A stretch of DNA of 64,000 nucleotides, taken from NCBI RefSeq assembly GCF_009914755.1, contig NC_060941.1; one strand, given 5' to 3'. Shown piece by piece: positions 48,691-63,870 of this stretch. Made by a program: the position numbers and the translations under genes. Every line of letters begins with the position of its first letter. The first letter of the stretch is position 1. A model generated the notes under the pieces. The model saw only the letters and a program-made list of their open reading frames with translations. It had not been told where the DNA came from and did not search any database. Source of the stretch: the human T2T-CHM13v2.0 reference genome, Homo sapiens.

Positions 48691-49820
48691 AGAGAACAGC
48701 TCTTCATGTCTGCTGCACCCTTGTTCAGCGCTACCTATCCTGCCCAATTTTGTTTCTGCACCACCTCCTCCACAAGCCTTCTTTCCATCTCCTGAACTCC
48801 TAGAGTAGTCTCTCTCATCTTTCCTCCTAGCACATGACACTTCTTACCCTCTTATGACCACCTATGTTCTTTTATTATGTCCCCTGCTGACCTATGGTCA
48901 ACTGCAGGGCAGGATTCTGTGCTGATTCATTTGAATGCCTCCTGTCCTCACCACCAGTGGCTAGAGAGGGGACAATATTTACCACGGTGGTCCACAGTTC
49001 CCTAGCTGTTGGCAAACCTTCTCATTCTGATCCACTGTAGATGAGCATCCTTAAGAGCATGGATCCATTTTACTTTCAGATCCTCTGTTTTTCTTGAATC
49101 CAGATACATGTTCACATGTTGCACAGTGGATGAATTTGAGTGACACCCACACAGACTTACCCCTCCCTTCCAAAAATTGGAAAAAGCTTTAGCACACCTG
49201 GGTCCTCATGCCTTAGGATGGGCTCCCTCCCAGGATCCACTTCAGGCTCTCATGAAAATACTCTTGTCAAGGTTCACCCCATTCCTCTTTCATGGACATG
49301 TCTGGATTCCATCTTGGGCTTGTAAGTGGTTACATAATCATAAGCTGTAGCATAAATAATCATAGACTGTTATATAAACAGTACCCAAAGCCTCTGGTGC
49401 TGTGCATACAGGGTGTGATAAACATTTGATGGATGGATAATTATTGTCTCCAATTTGCCAGTTCTCCGGACCATTTAGTCAGGCTTAATGCGGACCAGTT
49501 TTTGAAATGCGGGTAGATAACCGTGGAATCTCAGTTGAATGTACAGATGATGACAGTGAGGGGATGTATTATAGGTAAGTCAACAGAAACCTTGTCATAC
49601 AAGTGGAAGGTAAGGATAACCGATGGTGTGCAGGCAGAGAAACCTGTTCTGTCTTCAAAAATGGTTTCCAGAGTCTTGTTTCATGAGAGATGTTAGTTGC
49701 TTCTTGGACGTTACATCTTAGCCCCACAACAACTTGAGGCTATGAGCTCCATTTTACAGATGAGAAAACTGACACACAGAGAACAGAACAACCGGTTTGA
49801 CCTCTGCTACCTAAATCTAG

Positions 49821-50037
<217 letters not shown>

Positions 50038-50560
50038 ATAAATCTATATTTTAATTTAAGCTTGGATCTGTCTTATCTGAGCTCAAATTATCATTATCCA
50101 AGCAGATCCAGTGGGGTTTTTGCTACTGCATGGCCGTTTGGATACTTGACGAGCCTTTTGGAACATGCTGGGGTGGATGGGCAATGACCATCGACCCATA
50201 CAGCAAGGCCATGCAGAGCAACCCATACAGAGAGGCCGCTAGGGTTCAGCAGCATGAGAGTGGCCCAGGAGGGAAATGATCCCTTCACTGAGGGCTGAAC
50301 ATCAAGGGCGGGTTTGAGCAGAAGCCTCCTGACCAGATGTCAGGAGGCCATGGAGAGGGTTGCATTTCACAAGGTTGGTGTCTATCTCCCTACTGACTCC
50401 AGGACCGTAACCAAAGCAAAGGTTCTTCAGCCAAGAGGAGAGCAGGTTGCTCATGAAGAATGTGGATGAGAACACGGACTTAAAAAGTCAATGGAAAATG
50501 GAATGACAATGTGAAGGTACTTAGAGCCTTTTGAAATGTACCCTTAAAAATGACTGGGTA

Positions 50561-50981
<421 letters not shown>

Positions 50982-51265
50982 TCAAACTGGCCCAGTGTGA
51001 TTTCCAATGTTATAAGCGGGAAGGCTATCTGGTTTCATCCTTTAGACTCTAGGCAAAAAGAAGCAACTTTGGTACAAGACTGGACACCATGTCCTGGAAC
51101 TGGAATAAAGAAGGATGAAAAAAATTGGTCAATAGCATTCTCTGCCCACCTACTGAGCTCACGCAATTAGCTCTGTGATGCAGGCCACTCTGAGTCCAGC
51201 TTCCCTGGTAAGTCAAAGGTTGTTCCATCACGGATTTTGCCATGATAATGAAAAACAACAACTGG

Positions 51266-51618
<353 letters not shown>

Positions 51619-53830
51619 TTATGCACTTAATACCTGCCAAAAGGTGCTCTGGTAAGCCTTGTGCTGACTCGGGCTGAGGGACTCAGGGTCAGCGTTAGAG
51701 AGGAGACAGTCGGGCCTGAAGGAAGGGTGGGAGAGGATAGGGCAGAGAGGATCTAGGGGAGGCTGCAGACCTAATAACTGGGGTGGGGGAAGGGTGACGC
51801 CCTGCCTTTCTGGACAGGCTCTGCCCCTCTGAATGTGAGGGAACAGCACATTCAGTTCTCTGTGGTTGGTTGAAGACTGATAACAGATCAAGAAGTCTCT
51901 TAAGACCGTATGTATTTTCTGTTTAAATTCAAGTTCATTTTTTGGCAAGGATTCCTTCAATAATTCAAAGAACTGAGATTTTGCTTTCATAAATCTAGTG
52001 TTCTGACCTGCCAAAAATATTTGCATTTATGAAGAGCAGCAGTGTCCTTGGAGAGCAAATGAGCAGAGTCACGGGAATGGGCAAGCACTTGCCATGGCCA
52101 GGCGAAGGGTTTGCCAGTGTGCTTGCTCTCACCACCACCCCACCCCTGTCCTAGCCCTTCGTTGCCATATCCCTTGGTTATAGTCAAAGGCTTTTTCCTG
52201 GGGTCCCTGCTACCAGCTTCTCCAGACCCCAATCTACACATTCAGGTGCAGAAACGTCTTCATCAAAGGCTGCTTCGGTCTTTTGCTTTCTTGCTTCGGA
52301 ACCCAGCAGAGATCTTCAATCCCCCGTCTGAGCCTCATCACTGTCCTCAGATCCCAGTTCACCTTCATCTCTCATTCCTGTCACCTCTCACTGTCTCCAT
52401 TAGCACCAGCCAAGCCCATCTCATTAACAACCACCGCAGACAACTGGTCTTTTCTGGCATCTGTGCTTTGTCATGAGTCACTTCCCCCATTATAAAACCT
52501 CCTCCCTCTTCATCAATTCAGGGCCACCATCTCCTGCAGGACTCAGCTCACCGCCACTGGGAAATGTTCCAAAACAGCCATTTGAGAATTGGTTCATTGT
52601 GCCCGGTGTCGCTCAGCCCAGAGACCTTCAGTTTCACCATCTCCAGAAGGAAAAATAATGTCTGGTTTCCTATCAGCACGGGGTACAGGCAGTGTCCTGG
52701 CTGTGCAGATGGAGGAGGAAATGGTGGGGGGGGGGTCTCTAACATTTTCTTAAACAGTTTTTCAAGGCATGTTCCCTTTTTTTGACCTCTGCTTCTAAGG
52801 GCACATGGTGCTGCCATTCCTGGGCCATTAGAGGGTTCTGTGGTCTAAATTGGACCTGCTTTTTGTCTTTCTTCACTCATGGTTAGCAAGGAGCTTTCTA
52901 CATCTGCTAAATCAGTTGCTATTTGTCCATGTGCTTTATACCTTCCAAAAAGCTGCTGCAACTGACTCCACCCTCCTTTTCTGTATCCTCGCAGCTTTCT
53001 GCCTTTTTGTTCCTTAACCCCTCTCTGTAATGTTGATAGAGTTCCACAAACATGTGGCCAAGCTGCCTCTTTAACTGGGAATCCCAAGTGACCGTCTGCT
53101 CTTTGCTGCCATGTTCTCTCTCCCCTGAATGTACCTCCCCTCCCCGGCTGTATAATAGACTCCTGGTCACTGTGCCTGCCACTACAGAGTGCAGCTCTCT
53201 AGACACACACAGAGATGGCTTTTAACGGATGTCTCAGCAGCCTCTGTTGACTGTGAGCCATTCCAGGGCCACGTGAGTCACTGAGCTTCCTCCAGTGTCT
53301 TGTTCTGTCTGCCAGGGCTGGCCAAAGCCCTGGGGAGAGAAACTGGTGTCCCTTCACTCTTTCCCACTTGGCAAGTTATGAAGTACATTCATTGAGCTAC
53401 GTCCTCTGTCGTGTCACACGTTTCCCATTGGGTCTGTGTTGGGATATGGAGGTACGGTGTCAATCAGACAAACGCAGCCCTCAGCCTGATGTTCTTATTT
53501 CCCCCAGAGAAAACAGAAGATGCTTGGGGTTAAGACACTCAGTAAGAAGAGCTTCATACCCCTGGGCCTACACTGACTGATGACACCCTGGTATCGGATC
53601 TATTTCTGAACATTAGGGAGAACTGCCGAGGTCCAGCTCTGTTCTGAGCTCCTGCCCTTCCCCATGCACACATCCGGTATACACTGTGCTCTAATCCGCC
53701 AGGTGCCCCAGAGACAGGCAAGGAAGAACTGACCCAGGTTGGCGGGTTATTCCTTCCTTCTACCTATATTGTTGGAGTTATGGGCCTTGATTGGTGGAGA
53801 GTTTGGGCCTTGATTCAAATAACCAGAACT

Positions 53831-54135
53831 GGCCAGACTTCCTGGCTCATGCCTGTAATCCCAGCACTTTGGGAGGCTGAGACGGGTGGATCAGTTGAGC
53901 CCAGGAGTTCGACACCAGCCTGGGCAACATGGTAGAACCTCATCTCTACTAAGACACAAAAATTAGCCAAGCGTAGCGGTATGCACCTGTAATCCCAGCT
54001 ACTCAGGAGGCTGAGGCATGAGAATTGCTTGAACCCGGGAGGTGAAGGTTGCAGTGAGCCAAGATCCTGCCACTGCACTCACTCTAGCCTGGGCAACAGA
54101 GTGAGACTTGTTCTCAATACTACTACTACTACTAA

Positions 54136-54172
<37 letters not shown>
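53831..54172 (+). mobile_element. AluJ-like with (TAC)n(TAAA)n tail
   Basis: TTGAGCCCAGGAGTTCG…CTGGGCAACATGG J-type left monomer; TSD AAATAACC(A/T)GAACT. Confidence 0.85.
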
Positions 54173-54178
<6 letters not shown>

Positions 54179-54642
54179 CCTGAACTGAGACCCCAGATTT
54201 AATCAGATCCATTAGAGGGAGGGCAGCATCCCAAAATTCGGACCCAAGAAAGCAGGAACAGGGTGACTGTGGTCTCACATTGGAGTGCATGATCAATTTG
54301 CTCATTTCTTAAGTATGCATTGAGTCCCTTCTCTATGCAAACTCTGTGGTTAGATGCTGGGGGTTCAAGAAAAGCAAGTAGCCTTGGCCCTGTACTACAG
54401 GAGATTAGAAGCTATAGAAGATGCAACCAGGTAAATGGGTATCCTCTGTGTGGCAAGTGTTATGCCAGGGTGCTAGAGACAAGTACCAGGAGACTTCAAA
54501 CTGTTCGTGGAAAAAATGGAATTAAAACATAAATGTTAAAAATGTAATCTTTATTTCTCAACATAACCTCCATCAAGTTCAACACACTTTTGTAAGCAAT
54601 GATACCAGCCATTTAGTCCATCCTTAAAGAAATGAGGGTCTT

Positions 54643-55370
<728 letters not shown>

Positions 55371-56459
55371 TGAAAAAACAAAGACAGAAGGAGCCAAATC
55401 AGGACTGTAAGGTAGATGCCTAATGATTTCCCATCGAAACCCTCACGAAATTTCCCTGTTTGGTGAGAGGAATGAGCAGGAGCATTGTCATGGTAGAAAG
55501 GACTCTCTGGTGAAGCTTTCCCAGGCGTATTTCTGCTAAAGCTTTGGCTTTCTCAAAACACTCTCATAGTTAGCAGATGTTATTGTTCTTTGGCCCTCCA
55601 GAAAGTCAACAAGCAAAATGCCTTCAGCATCCAAAAAATATTGTTACCATGACCTTTGCCTTTGACTGGTCCGCTTTTGCTTTGACTGGCCCCCTTCCAC
55701 CTCTTGGTAGCCACTGCTCTGATTATAATTTGTCTTCAGGATCATTCTAGTAAAGCTGTGTTTTATCTGCTGTTATAAGTATTTGAAGAAATGCTTCAGG
55801 ATCTTGATCCCACCTGTTTAAAATTTCCATTGAAAGCTCTGCCCTTGTTTTCAGCTGATCTGGGCACAACAATTTTGGCACCCATCAAATGGAAATTTGC
55901 TCAACTTTAATTTTTGAGTCATAATTGTATAAGCTGAACCTTTGAGATATCTATGGTGTTGGCTTTGGCTATCGTCTCTGCTGTTATTCATCAGTCCTCT
56001 TCAATTAGGACGCAAACGGTATTAATTTTTCCTTTGAAAACTGATGTGGATTGTCTGCTACCGTGGGCTTCTTCTTCAACATCATCTCATCCCTTCTTAG
56101 AACAATTTATCCATTTGTAAACTGGTGATTGCTTTGGGGCATTGTTCCCATAAACTCTTCATTAAAAAAATCAATGATTTAATCATTTTTCCACCCAAAC
56201 ATTACCATACATTTAATGGGGTTCTTTTTGTCTGTTTTTTTGTTTTTTTGTTTCAATTTTAATAGAATTCATGTTGCTCTGGTGGAGGCTCCTTTCAAAC
56301 TGATGTCTTACTCTTCTTACTGCCTCAAACTAGATCGTGTTCACGCACATCATAACAAGTTAGTGCAAGTTTCTTTTGATGCCAAAAAATTTTGAATTCG
56401 TACATAGTTTTTTCACCATACCCACTTTCCATGAACTTTTTGAAGGCCCCTCTCATGTG

Positions 56460-57030
56460 ATCCCAGTCTAGGGATCAAGGCTGACTCCAAAGAAAGGTGG
56501 CATCTGTTGTGAATGATGAGTGAGACTTAGGCAAGCAGAGGAGGCAGCAAGAGGCCGGAGCTGAACCTAGAATTCCAGCATTGTTCCATGTGGCCCACTG
56601 GAGGGTTGTGGTGGAATGATGGGAGATGAGGGAGCTGCAGCTCGCACAGGCTTAAGGGTCAACAAAGAGTGTGAACCTAGCCCAGAGAACAACGGAGAGC
56701 CACCAGGCAGTCCTATATAGGGACATAATTTAAATTTTGGAAAATGTCTCTGATAGCTGAGTGCAAAATGAATTGCAGGGAGAGGGGTCCAGGTCGTGGC
56801 AGGAAGACGAGACCTCAGCAGTGGTCCCAGGGAGAGAAGACGGTGGCCTGCACATGGGAATACAGTGGAGCTGGACTCTCAGATCTTCAGAGGGGGAGAA
56901 TCAGTGGGATTTGGTGATGGATTCACTAAGGGGGATGAGGTTTAGGGAGGCGGCTGGATGGTGGTCCTGTTTCTGGTTTGGGCATCTGTGTGGTGACATT
57001 TACCAAGACAGGGAACCCCAGGAGCAATTC
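56460..57030 (-). mobile_element. L2 LINE fragment
   Basis: GTGGTCCCAGGGAGAGAAGACGGTGGCCTG…GGATTTGGTGATGGATT…TTTCTGGTTTGGGCA. Boundaries approximate. Confidence 0.55.
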
Positions 57031-57830
57031 TGCAGGACTCGCTCTATCTTCTTTACTTAAAAAAAGGCGACCGTGAGAACTGAAGATGCCTCTTCCAGGA
57101 AACTGCACTCCACAAACTTGAGGAAGGGGCCGGCAGCACCTTGAATTCACCAGTCCTTTCTCAGCACTGCTCACTGCCAGTGCACTGCCCTGCTCCTCAA
57201 ACTGTCTCTATAATTGGACTTTGTGTACAATAACTAGTCAAGAAAACCCAGCGCCTTTGGCTGACTCCCATAGCATCTCAAACCTAGCCACAGCTATACT
57301 TGATGATTTCAGGTGTTACTCTCTGGCCCCTCACTGCCCTGTACCAACACACACACATATCTCAGGCACCGTAGCAGCCTACAAACCCACCAGGGCCTCT
57401 CTTCACTCCTGAGTCATGGGTGCACACCTCTGCCTGGAGCTCAGCCCCCAGCCACCCTCTCCCTATTCTCAGGCCTATGCTCAAAGCCTACCAGATCCCC
57501 AGGCCTCCTGAAATGTCTCTTCTAGCTGAAAGCCGAGCAGCGAATGCTGTGTCAGCCTGAACCTCCTCTCCTGCATTCCTATGTTCAATCACACAGAGAC
57601 AGGTAAGCAAAAAGACACAACCCATCCTCCCACCATACAAATATAACCACCTGGTTATCTTGGCCCATAAGGTCCAGACTCTCAGAAAAGGGGGTGTCCC
57701 CTTAATAGTGCTGAGCTGAACTTAACCCAGGGAAGAACACAGGGCTGACTCAGATGCAGTCTCTATCAGCCAGAAGGGGAACAGGCACTCACCCAACTCA
57801 CTGCAGTTTAAAGTTAACTGTCATTGGTAC

Positions 57831-58233
57831 TGTTATGGGCTGAAGTGTGTCACCTACTCCAAATTCTCATGTTGAAGCTCTAACTTCCAATACCTCAGAA
57901 TGTGACTGTATTTGAAGACAGGGTCTTTAAATGGCAATTAAGTTAAGATGAGATCTTATGGGTGGGCCCCGATCCAATATGACTGGTGTCCCTATAGGAA
58001 GAGGAGATTAGGACACAGACACACACAGAGGGCAGAGCATGTAAGGACACGGGGAGAAGATGCCATCTACAAGCCAAGGAGAGAGGCTTCCAGAAAATGG
58101 TTCAAAAACCTGCTGACACCTCACTCTTGGACTTCTAGTGTCCAGCACTGTGAGAAAATAAATTTCTGTTTTATAAAATACTCTAGCCGCCCATCTATGG
58201 TATTTTGGATGGCAGCTCTGGCAAACTAACACA
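57831..58233 (+). mobile_element. MLT1B-like MaLR solo LTR
   Basis: TGTTATGGGCTGAA…TACCTCAGAATGTGACTGTATTTG…ATCCAATATGACTGGTGTCC…GCAAACTAACACA. Confidence 0.88.
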
Positions 58234-59379
58234 AGCGCTACAACAGAGACACAGAAAATGCTGCAGGAACGCAAAGAAAGAGACAGAAATCCCCAGGAGA
58301 AGCGAGTCAGCACAGGGGTTACTTGTGTGGGCTCCAGAGTGGACTGGCTGGGTTCCAACCTCCCTGATCTGCTATTTCCCTCGTGAGAGTCCCCACCTGG
58401 CATGGTGGTTGGAAGGATTAATAAAATGAAGCAGGGACAGCAAGGATCAGAGAGTGAGGCACCGTAAGGCCAGCTATTTACAGAGGAAACCTGTGTCACC
58501 TAAACTGGGAACCCGGAGACAGAGGAGACTGCAGGGCTGCTGGTGGAAGAAAGGTCCTGTCCAGCAGAGGGGACCCCATGAGCCAGGGCTCGTGGTTGGG
58601 CTGGGCAAGGTCCAGGAAAAGCAAGTCACCTGGGGGAGCTGGGGCCAGGGGAGGGAGGCCTGGGCAGGAAAATGGGGGTGAGATGGCAGAGGGGAAACTG
58701 GAACACCAGACTAGATTCTGTTCCCAGGGAAAGAGAAACCATCAGATGTTTGTAAAGCAAGGAAGTGGCAAGATGGGAAGGGAATCCCGACAAAGCCGCC
58801 AGAAACGAGATTGGGATTGAGGAAGGAGAAACAGTTGCAGGCTTCTGTGATGCAGAGGAGAGGCCAGTGAGTGATTTGCGTTCTTCTATTTGCTCATCTG
58901 AAATATTAATTTCAATGTTTGCATGCATAAGCAATGCGAGAGCCCAGACGCAGCCGCTCCTCTCCAGCTCTTAAAAGACTTTCTGTGAAGTGTTCCTGGA
59001 AGAGACAGTTAATGCCTTGCCCCGCTTGCCCCGAAATTGATTTCTGAGAAACAGGGCCCTGCATTTACGAGCTGGCCGCGGGGACGGAGGATTTCTCAGC
59101 CCAGCCCCTCGGCCCATCACACCTCCTGGGCATGGGTATGTAAGGAGACTCAGGAGCCCAGGTTGCCAAAGAGAGAGTAGTCTTTAGGGAATTCAGTGGG
59201 CAGTGGCTAATGAATAAATCAAAGACTGCCCTCTGTGCTCCTCCGTTTAGCAGTGCCATGCTGTTTAACCTTTGATCAGACAGTGTGAGCACGTGCCCTG
59301 TCTTTCTGCAGGAATGGAGACTGGCTGTGCCAACTGTCATTTCTTTCTAACTTACCCATTATCTGGGTAGCAGAAAAGT

Positions 59380-59540
59380 CGAAAGTTGCCGATAGGTTGG
59401 ATATTATCTAGTTCAACTCTCCTGTTCTGCAGATGAGGAAACGGAGGCCCAGAGAAGAGATTTACTCAAAGTTTTCCAGGTTTGTTAGTGCGACAGATGA
59501 CACTGGAACTCGGATGCAGTGACTCCCAGCCCAGTGTATC
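59380..59540 (-). mobile_element. MIR SINE
   Basis: CAGATGAGGAAACGGAGGCCCAGAGA…TGACTCCCAGCCCAGTG. Confidence 0.7.
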
Positions 59541-59564
59541 ATAACATTTCACGTCCACTGGAAA

Positions 59565-59873
59565 AGTGTTGCCTAACACAAATACAACACAAGCCATGTG
59601 TGCAGTTTTAAGCCTTCAAGGAGCCACATTAAAAAGATAAAAAGAAACAGATGAAATTGGCCTTAATTTACAGACACACCAGGGACATGTTCTAAAAAAT
59701 ACGTCATTAGATGATTTCATTGTTGTGCAAACACCGTAGAGTGTACGCACACAAACTTAGATGGTATAGATCCCTTATCATCTTACCGGACCACCGTTGT
59801 TATGTGGTCCATCATTAATGAAAATGTCACGATGCATGACTGTATTCTGTTGAATGCAGTATATGCAAAATAT
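59565..59873. mobile_element. MER33-like hAT fragment split by a mini-Tigger3
   Basis: AGCCACATTAAAAAGATAAAAAGAAACAGATGAAATT resumes after the insert as TATTCTGTTGAATGCAGTATATGCAAAATAT. Confidence 0.65.
59671..59842 (+). mobile_element. Internally deleted Tigger3 MITE (172 bp)
   Basis: TA-CAG…GATTTCATTGTTGTGCAAACACC…ACAAACTTAGATGGTATAG joined to GGACCACCGTTG…GCATGACTG-TA. Confidence 0.75.
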
Positions 59874-60789
59874 ACAGATTCTGTCTGTGTACACCTTCCC
59901 ATTCACTAGGTCGGATCACTTTCTGTACCTGCTCAGGCCTAGCCAGGCTGAGGGTGGAAAGGTAGGAGTCAGACTCCAAATAGAAGCATGAAGGCCTCTC
60001 CAAGGAAAGCCATCAATTGCAAGCCCATGAAGCCACACATTTAGCAGAAAATGTGCACTTCTCTCAGGAGCATTAAGCATATAGGGAAATATTCCCATAA
60101 TCAAAGTGTAGGCTGTGGTAGACGCTGTCCCAGCCAACAACAGACAGAGGACCTTTTATCCAGCCACCCATTTCCAGGGTGCTTTTTGCTGACAAGGGAC
60201 GCCTGTGGGCTGCTGGTATTCTATCTATCTCTTGAGGTGGCTGGACGTGGGTGGCCATGCCAACTCCTGGGCAGAATACTTGAACAGAAGTGCCTGGGGG
60301 GACAGAAGACTGCCCCTCACCCTGGGGCACTTATGAGGTCAGCCCAGATGACTCATATGGAATTCCCAAGCCCCCTGGATCCAGGAAACTACTCCAACCT
60401 CCGGAGTTCATTCTGGAACTATGCCAAGTGCCAGAAATCCACTTCTATCCAAAAGTTCAGAATTCTATTTTAATTCTCCTACAAGCTGCTGCCTGCTGAC
60501 TTGGCGTCCGCCCTCCTCAAAGGTGTCAACACGCTTTGAGGGCCAAGTGCTTCTTCTCTGACCCTCCAAACAAGTTCCCATGTTGGCGCCACAAAGCAGG
60601 TGGACCACCTAGAGCTGCTGATAAGCAGCGGGTTCCCACAATAACAAACCCCTAAAAGCAAAGTTGGCCTTTTCCCCACCACCAGCTGGTCCATGGCGCG
60701 GCTTACCTGAGTGCTGATCAAGGCAGATGCTGCCATCAGAGGAGTTAAGAAGTTCCTGGGACAACAGGTGGTCCCAGTTTGATTGTGCA

Positions 60790-61114
60790 GAGCTTGAATC
60801 TGCAACTATGCTGACCAACCCATGTGGGCTATTGAGTCCCTGAAGTGTGTGACTCGACCAAACGGAGACATGGTTGGTGTAAGTGCAAAATATGCACCAG
60901 ATATCAGACATAGTATGGAGGGGGAAAAAGGATATAAAAATTTAAAATTCCTCACTGAAAATATTTCTGTTGATTATAGGTCGAAATGATATTTTTTATG
61001 TATTGGATTAAACACAACGGATTATTAAAATTACTTTTACCTATTTTTAATTTTAAGGAAACTATTTTAAAATTACCTATGTGGTTCACGTTTTATTCTC
61101 ATCAGACCGCACTG
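60790..61114. mobile_element. MER33-like hAT MITE (opposite orientation to the copy at 59565)
   Basis: CATGTGGGCTATTGAG…GTGTAAGTGCAAAATATGCACCAGAT…AAATTACCTATGTGGTTCAC…GCACTG. Confidence 0.7.
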
Positions 61115-61806
61115 TTCTAGTGGAAGCATTTCATTTTGGGGTGCAATTCTGATGGCATTGGCTGAGATTTGGCTAGCAGTGTGGGGACGGATGGCATGAG
61201 CCTGGTGGTCACTATCCAGGACATGGGATGTGAAGTGGGAGGACTGGCTGGGGATGCTGTTGGACATGAGAGGCCACACCCCCATCCCCTGCTCCATTCA
61301 CTGCCCTGAATGTGCAGCTGAATTCATTGCCCCAGTTTAAACCATGGAACGAGAAGCCATCAGCCTAGGCCCAGGTCTCTCCACTGCTACCACTGTGGTA
61401 TGCCCCAGAAAACCTAGAACACGATGCTCCAAAGGAGGGGCTGAGCTGTTTATTGCTTCTCGCCCTTTAGAAATGGAAGCTAAAATTTAGGGCTGAATTT
61501 GGGGGCCTTGTCAACACAAAGGATCCTTGCTCTGTATCTTGATTTTGGTGATGGCCATATGACCCTACACAAGTATAAAATTGCACAGAACTAAATACAT
61601 GTACACACACACACTCCCCTATATTATTTCCTATAACTGCATGTGAATCTACAATGATCTCATAGTTTAGGTCCATATTTGAACACCCATATTCATACCA
61701 CCATTATTCGCAATAGCCAAAAGGTGGAATACCCTAAGTGTTCATCAACAATGAGTGGATAAACAAAATGTGGCATATTCATGCAATGGAATCTTATTCA
61801 GCCTTA

Positions 61807-62112
<306 letters not shown>

Positions 62113-62409
62113 AAAAAGGAAGGAAATTCTGACATCCACTACAACCTGGATGAACCTTGAGGACACTATGTTAAGTGAAATAACCCAGACCCAAAAGGAC
62201 AAATGCTATATGATCCCACTCATATGACACATACTGAGTAGCCAAACTCGTAGAGAAAGTAGGATGGTGGTTGCCAGGGCCTGGGGGAGAGGGGAGTGGA
62301 GAATTGTTTAGGAGCTGTGGTGTTTCAGTTTGGGAGGATAAAAAGAGTTCTATGGCTGGGTGGCAGTGACGGTTGCACAACAATATGAATGTACTTAATA
62401 ATTAAGATG

Positions 62410-62714
62410 GCCAGGTAAGGTGGCACACACCTAGCTGTGGTCCCAGCTATTCAGGAGGCTGAGGTGGGAGGATCGCTTGAGCCCAGGATATCTAGGCTAT
62501 AGTTCTGGGCTATGCCAATTGGGTGTCCGCACTAAATTCCACATCAATATGGTGACCTCTTGGGAGCAGGGGACTACCAGGTTGCCTAAGGAGGGGTGAA
62601 CCCGCCCAAGTCGGAAACGGAGCAGGTCAAGTCTCCCATGCTGATCAGTACTGGGGATGCATCTGTAAATACCACTGCATTCCACCCAGGGCAACATAGC
62701 AAGACCTCATCTCT
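62410..62714 (+). pseudogene. Full-length 7SL (SRP RNA) processed pseudogene (RN7SL-P type)
   Basis: Alu domain plus the S domain that Alus lack: GGGTGTCCGCACTAA…CATCAATATGGTGACCTC…CCAGGTTGCCTAAGGAGGGGTGAACC…GTCGGAAACGGAGCAGGTCAA. A-rich tail at 62715-62727. Confidence 0.93.
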
Positions 62715-63679
62715 AAAAAAATAAAAATGTTTAAAATGGTAAATTTTATGTCATGTGTATTTTACCACAATTTTTTAAATCTAAAAATTAAAAAAAAGTC
62801 AGAGCCTTTTGACCTAAAGATCGGTGCCTCTCTTTTACAGTTCACCCTGTTCAAGGAGGTGAACCAAAAAGCTATGGAGCCCATTAGAAGGAACCAGACT
62901 TCCAGCACCTGGGTAAATAACCTGTAAGGGAAGCAGGAGCAGAGAGTGGTCCTTGGTGAGGTGCTGGGTGCCGGGGAAGGTGGGGGCCAGGTTGGTGCCT
63001 GGTGCCTGTGCTGCACCCCAGTCATCCCCAGCACACTGAGTACCCAGGTGGAGCTCTTGTGCCACCCAAAGGTGAAATTAACCTGTGATTACAAAGTTAG
63101 CTTTGATCAAAATTGTTGGTAAATGTAGGGGTTAGGGAAGTGAAAGCGCTAGAAGGAGGCATGAATGCCTAGGGCTGAAAGGGGATGGAGAAGGCAAGGA
63201 CAGATCCCAGGGTCAGCAAATCGAATCTACTTAGGGTGCGAGATGCGGTGGGCTTTTGGGGACATATTCTTCTATACCGTATCACCAGAGATACAAAGGT
63301 TTTTTTTGTTTGTTTGTTTGTTTGTTTTGGCAAACGAAAGGGGTTTTTATAGACCAACCCTGTTGTACCATTGAAATAGCCCCAGTTTTCCTAATTCATG
63401 GGAAGGGCATGAAGAACCCCCTGCGTAGGGCAGGGCAGGGAACCTATCTGCACTCCAAGCAGTTGGCCACCGAAAGGAGATAACTTCATGATGCTTCCAT
63501 TGAGAATCTCTGAGACAGTAGTTAGGAGAAGGGAACTGCCAGGCTGAGATTTTTCCGTCATCCGATCATGACTGAGTTCAAGATAACAAGAGTCCGTTTT
63601 TGGTAATGGAGGCATTTCAAAAGAGAATGATTTTGTTTCCCTTAAGTTCACATAGGTTGGCCGGAAGCCCCCAGACTGC

Positions 63680-63870
63680 CTGGAATACGCATTAAAAACG
63701 CCAGCTATCTCAGCAATAATTTCCAGCCCCAGGCCATTTACTAAGACACACAGCACCTCTACCACCCTGCTCTGATGCACCGCCACGGCCATCCCGCAGA
63801 CCTGTGCCAGACGGCAGCGCCGGTGCCTCTGCACCCGACCGCAGCTGAGAACGTGTGGCTGCCCGTATGA
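63680..63870. promoter_or_regulatory. Repeat-free CpG-enriched patch (candidate regulatory element or exon)
   Basis: About 10 CpG in 63781-63865, against CpG-depleted surroundings. Confidence 0.3.

Noticed and set aside
58008-58499. 163-aa minus-strand ORF
   Set aside because: Half of it lies in an MLT1B LTR, and there is no recognisable domain.
62410-62714. Functional SRP RNA gene
   Set aside because: Many substitutions and indels, CpG decay, an A-tail and an L1 upstream flank indicate a retrocopy.
63391-63834. 147-aa minus-strand ORF
   Set aside because: Non-ATG start and no recognisable homology; the region is kept only as a CpG/regulatory candidate.
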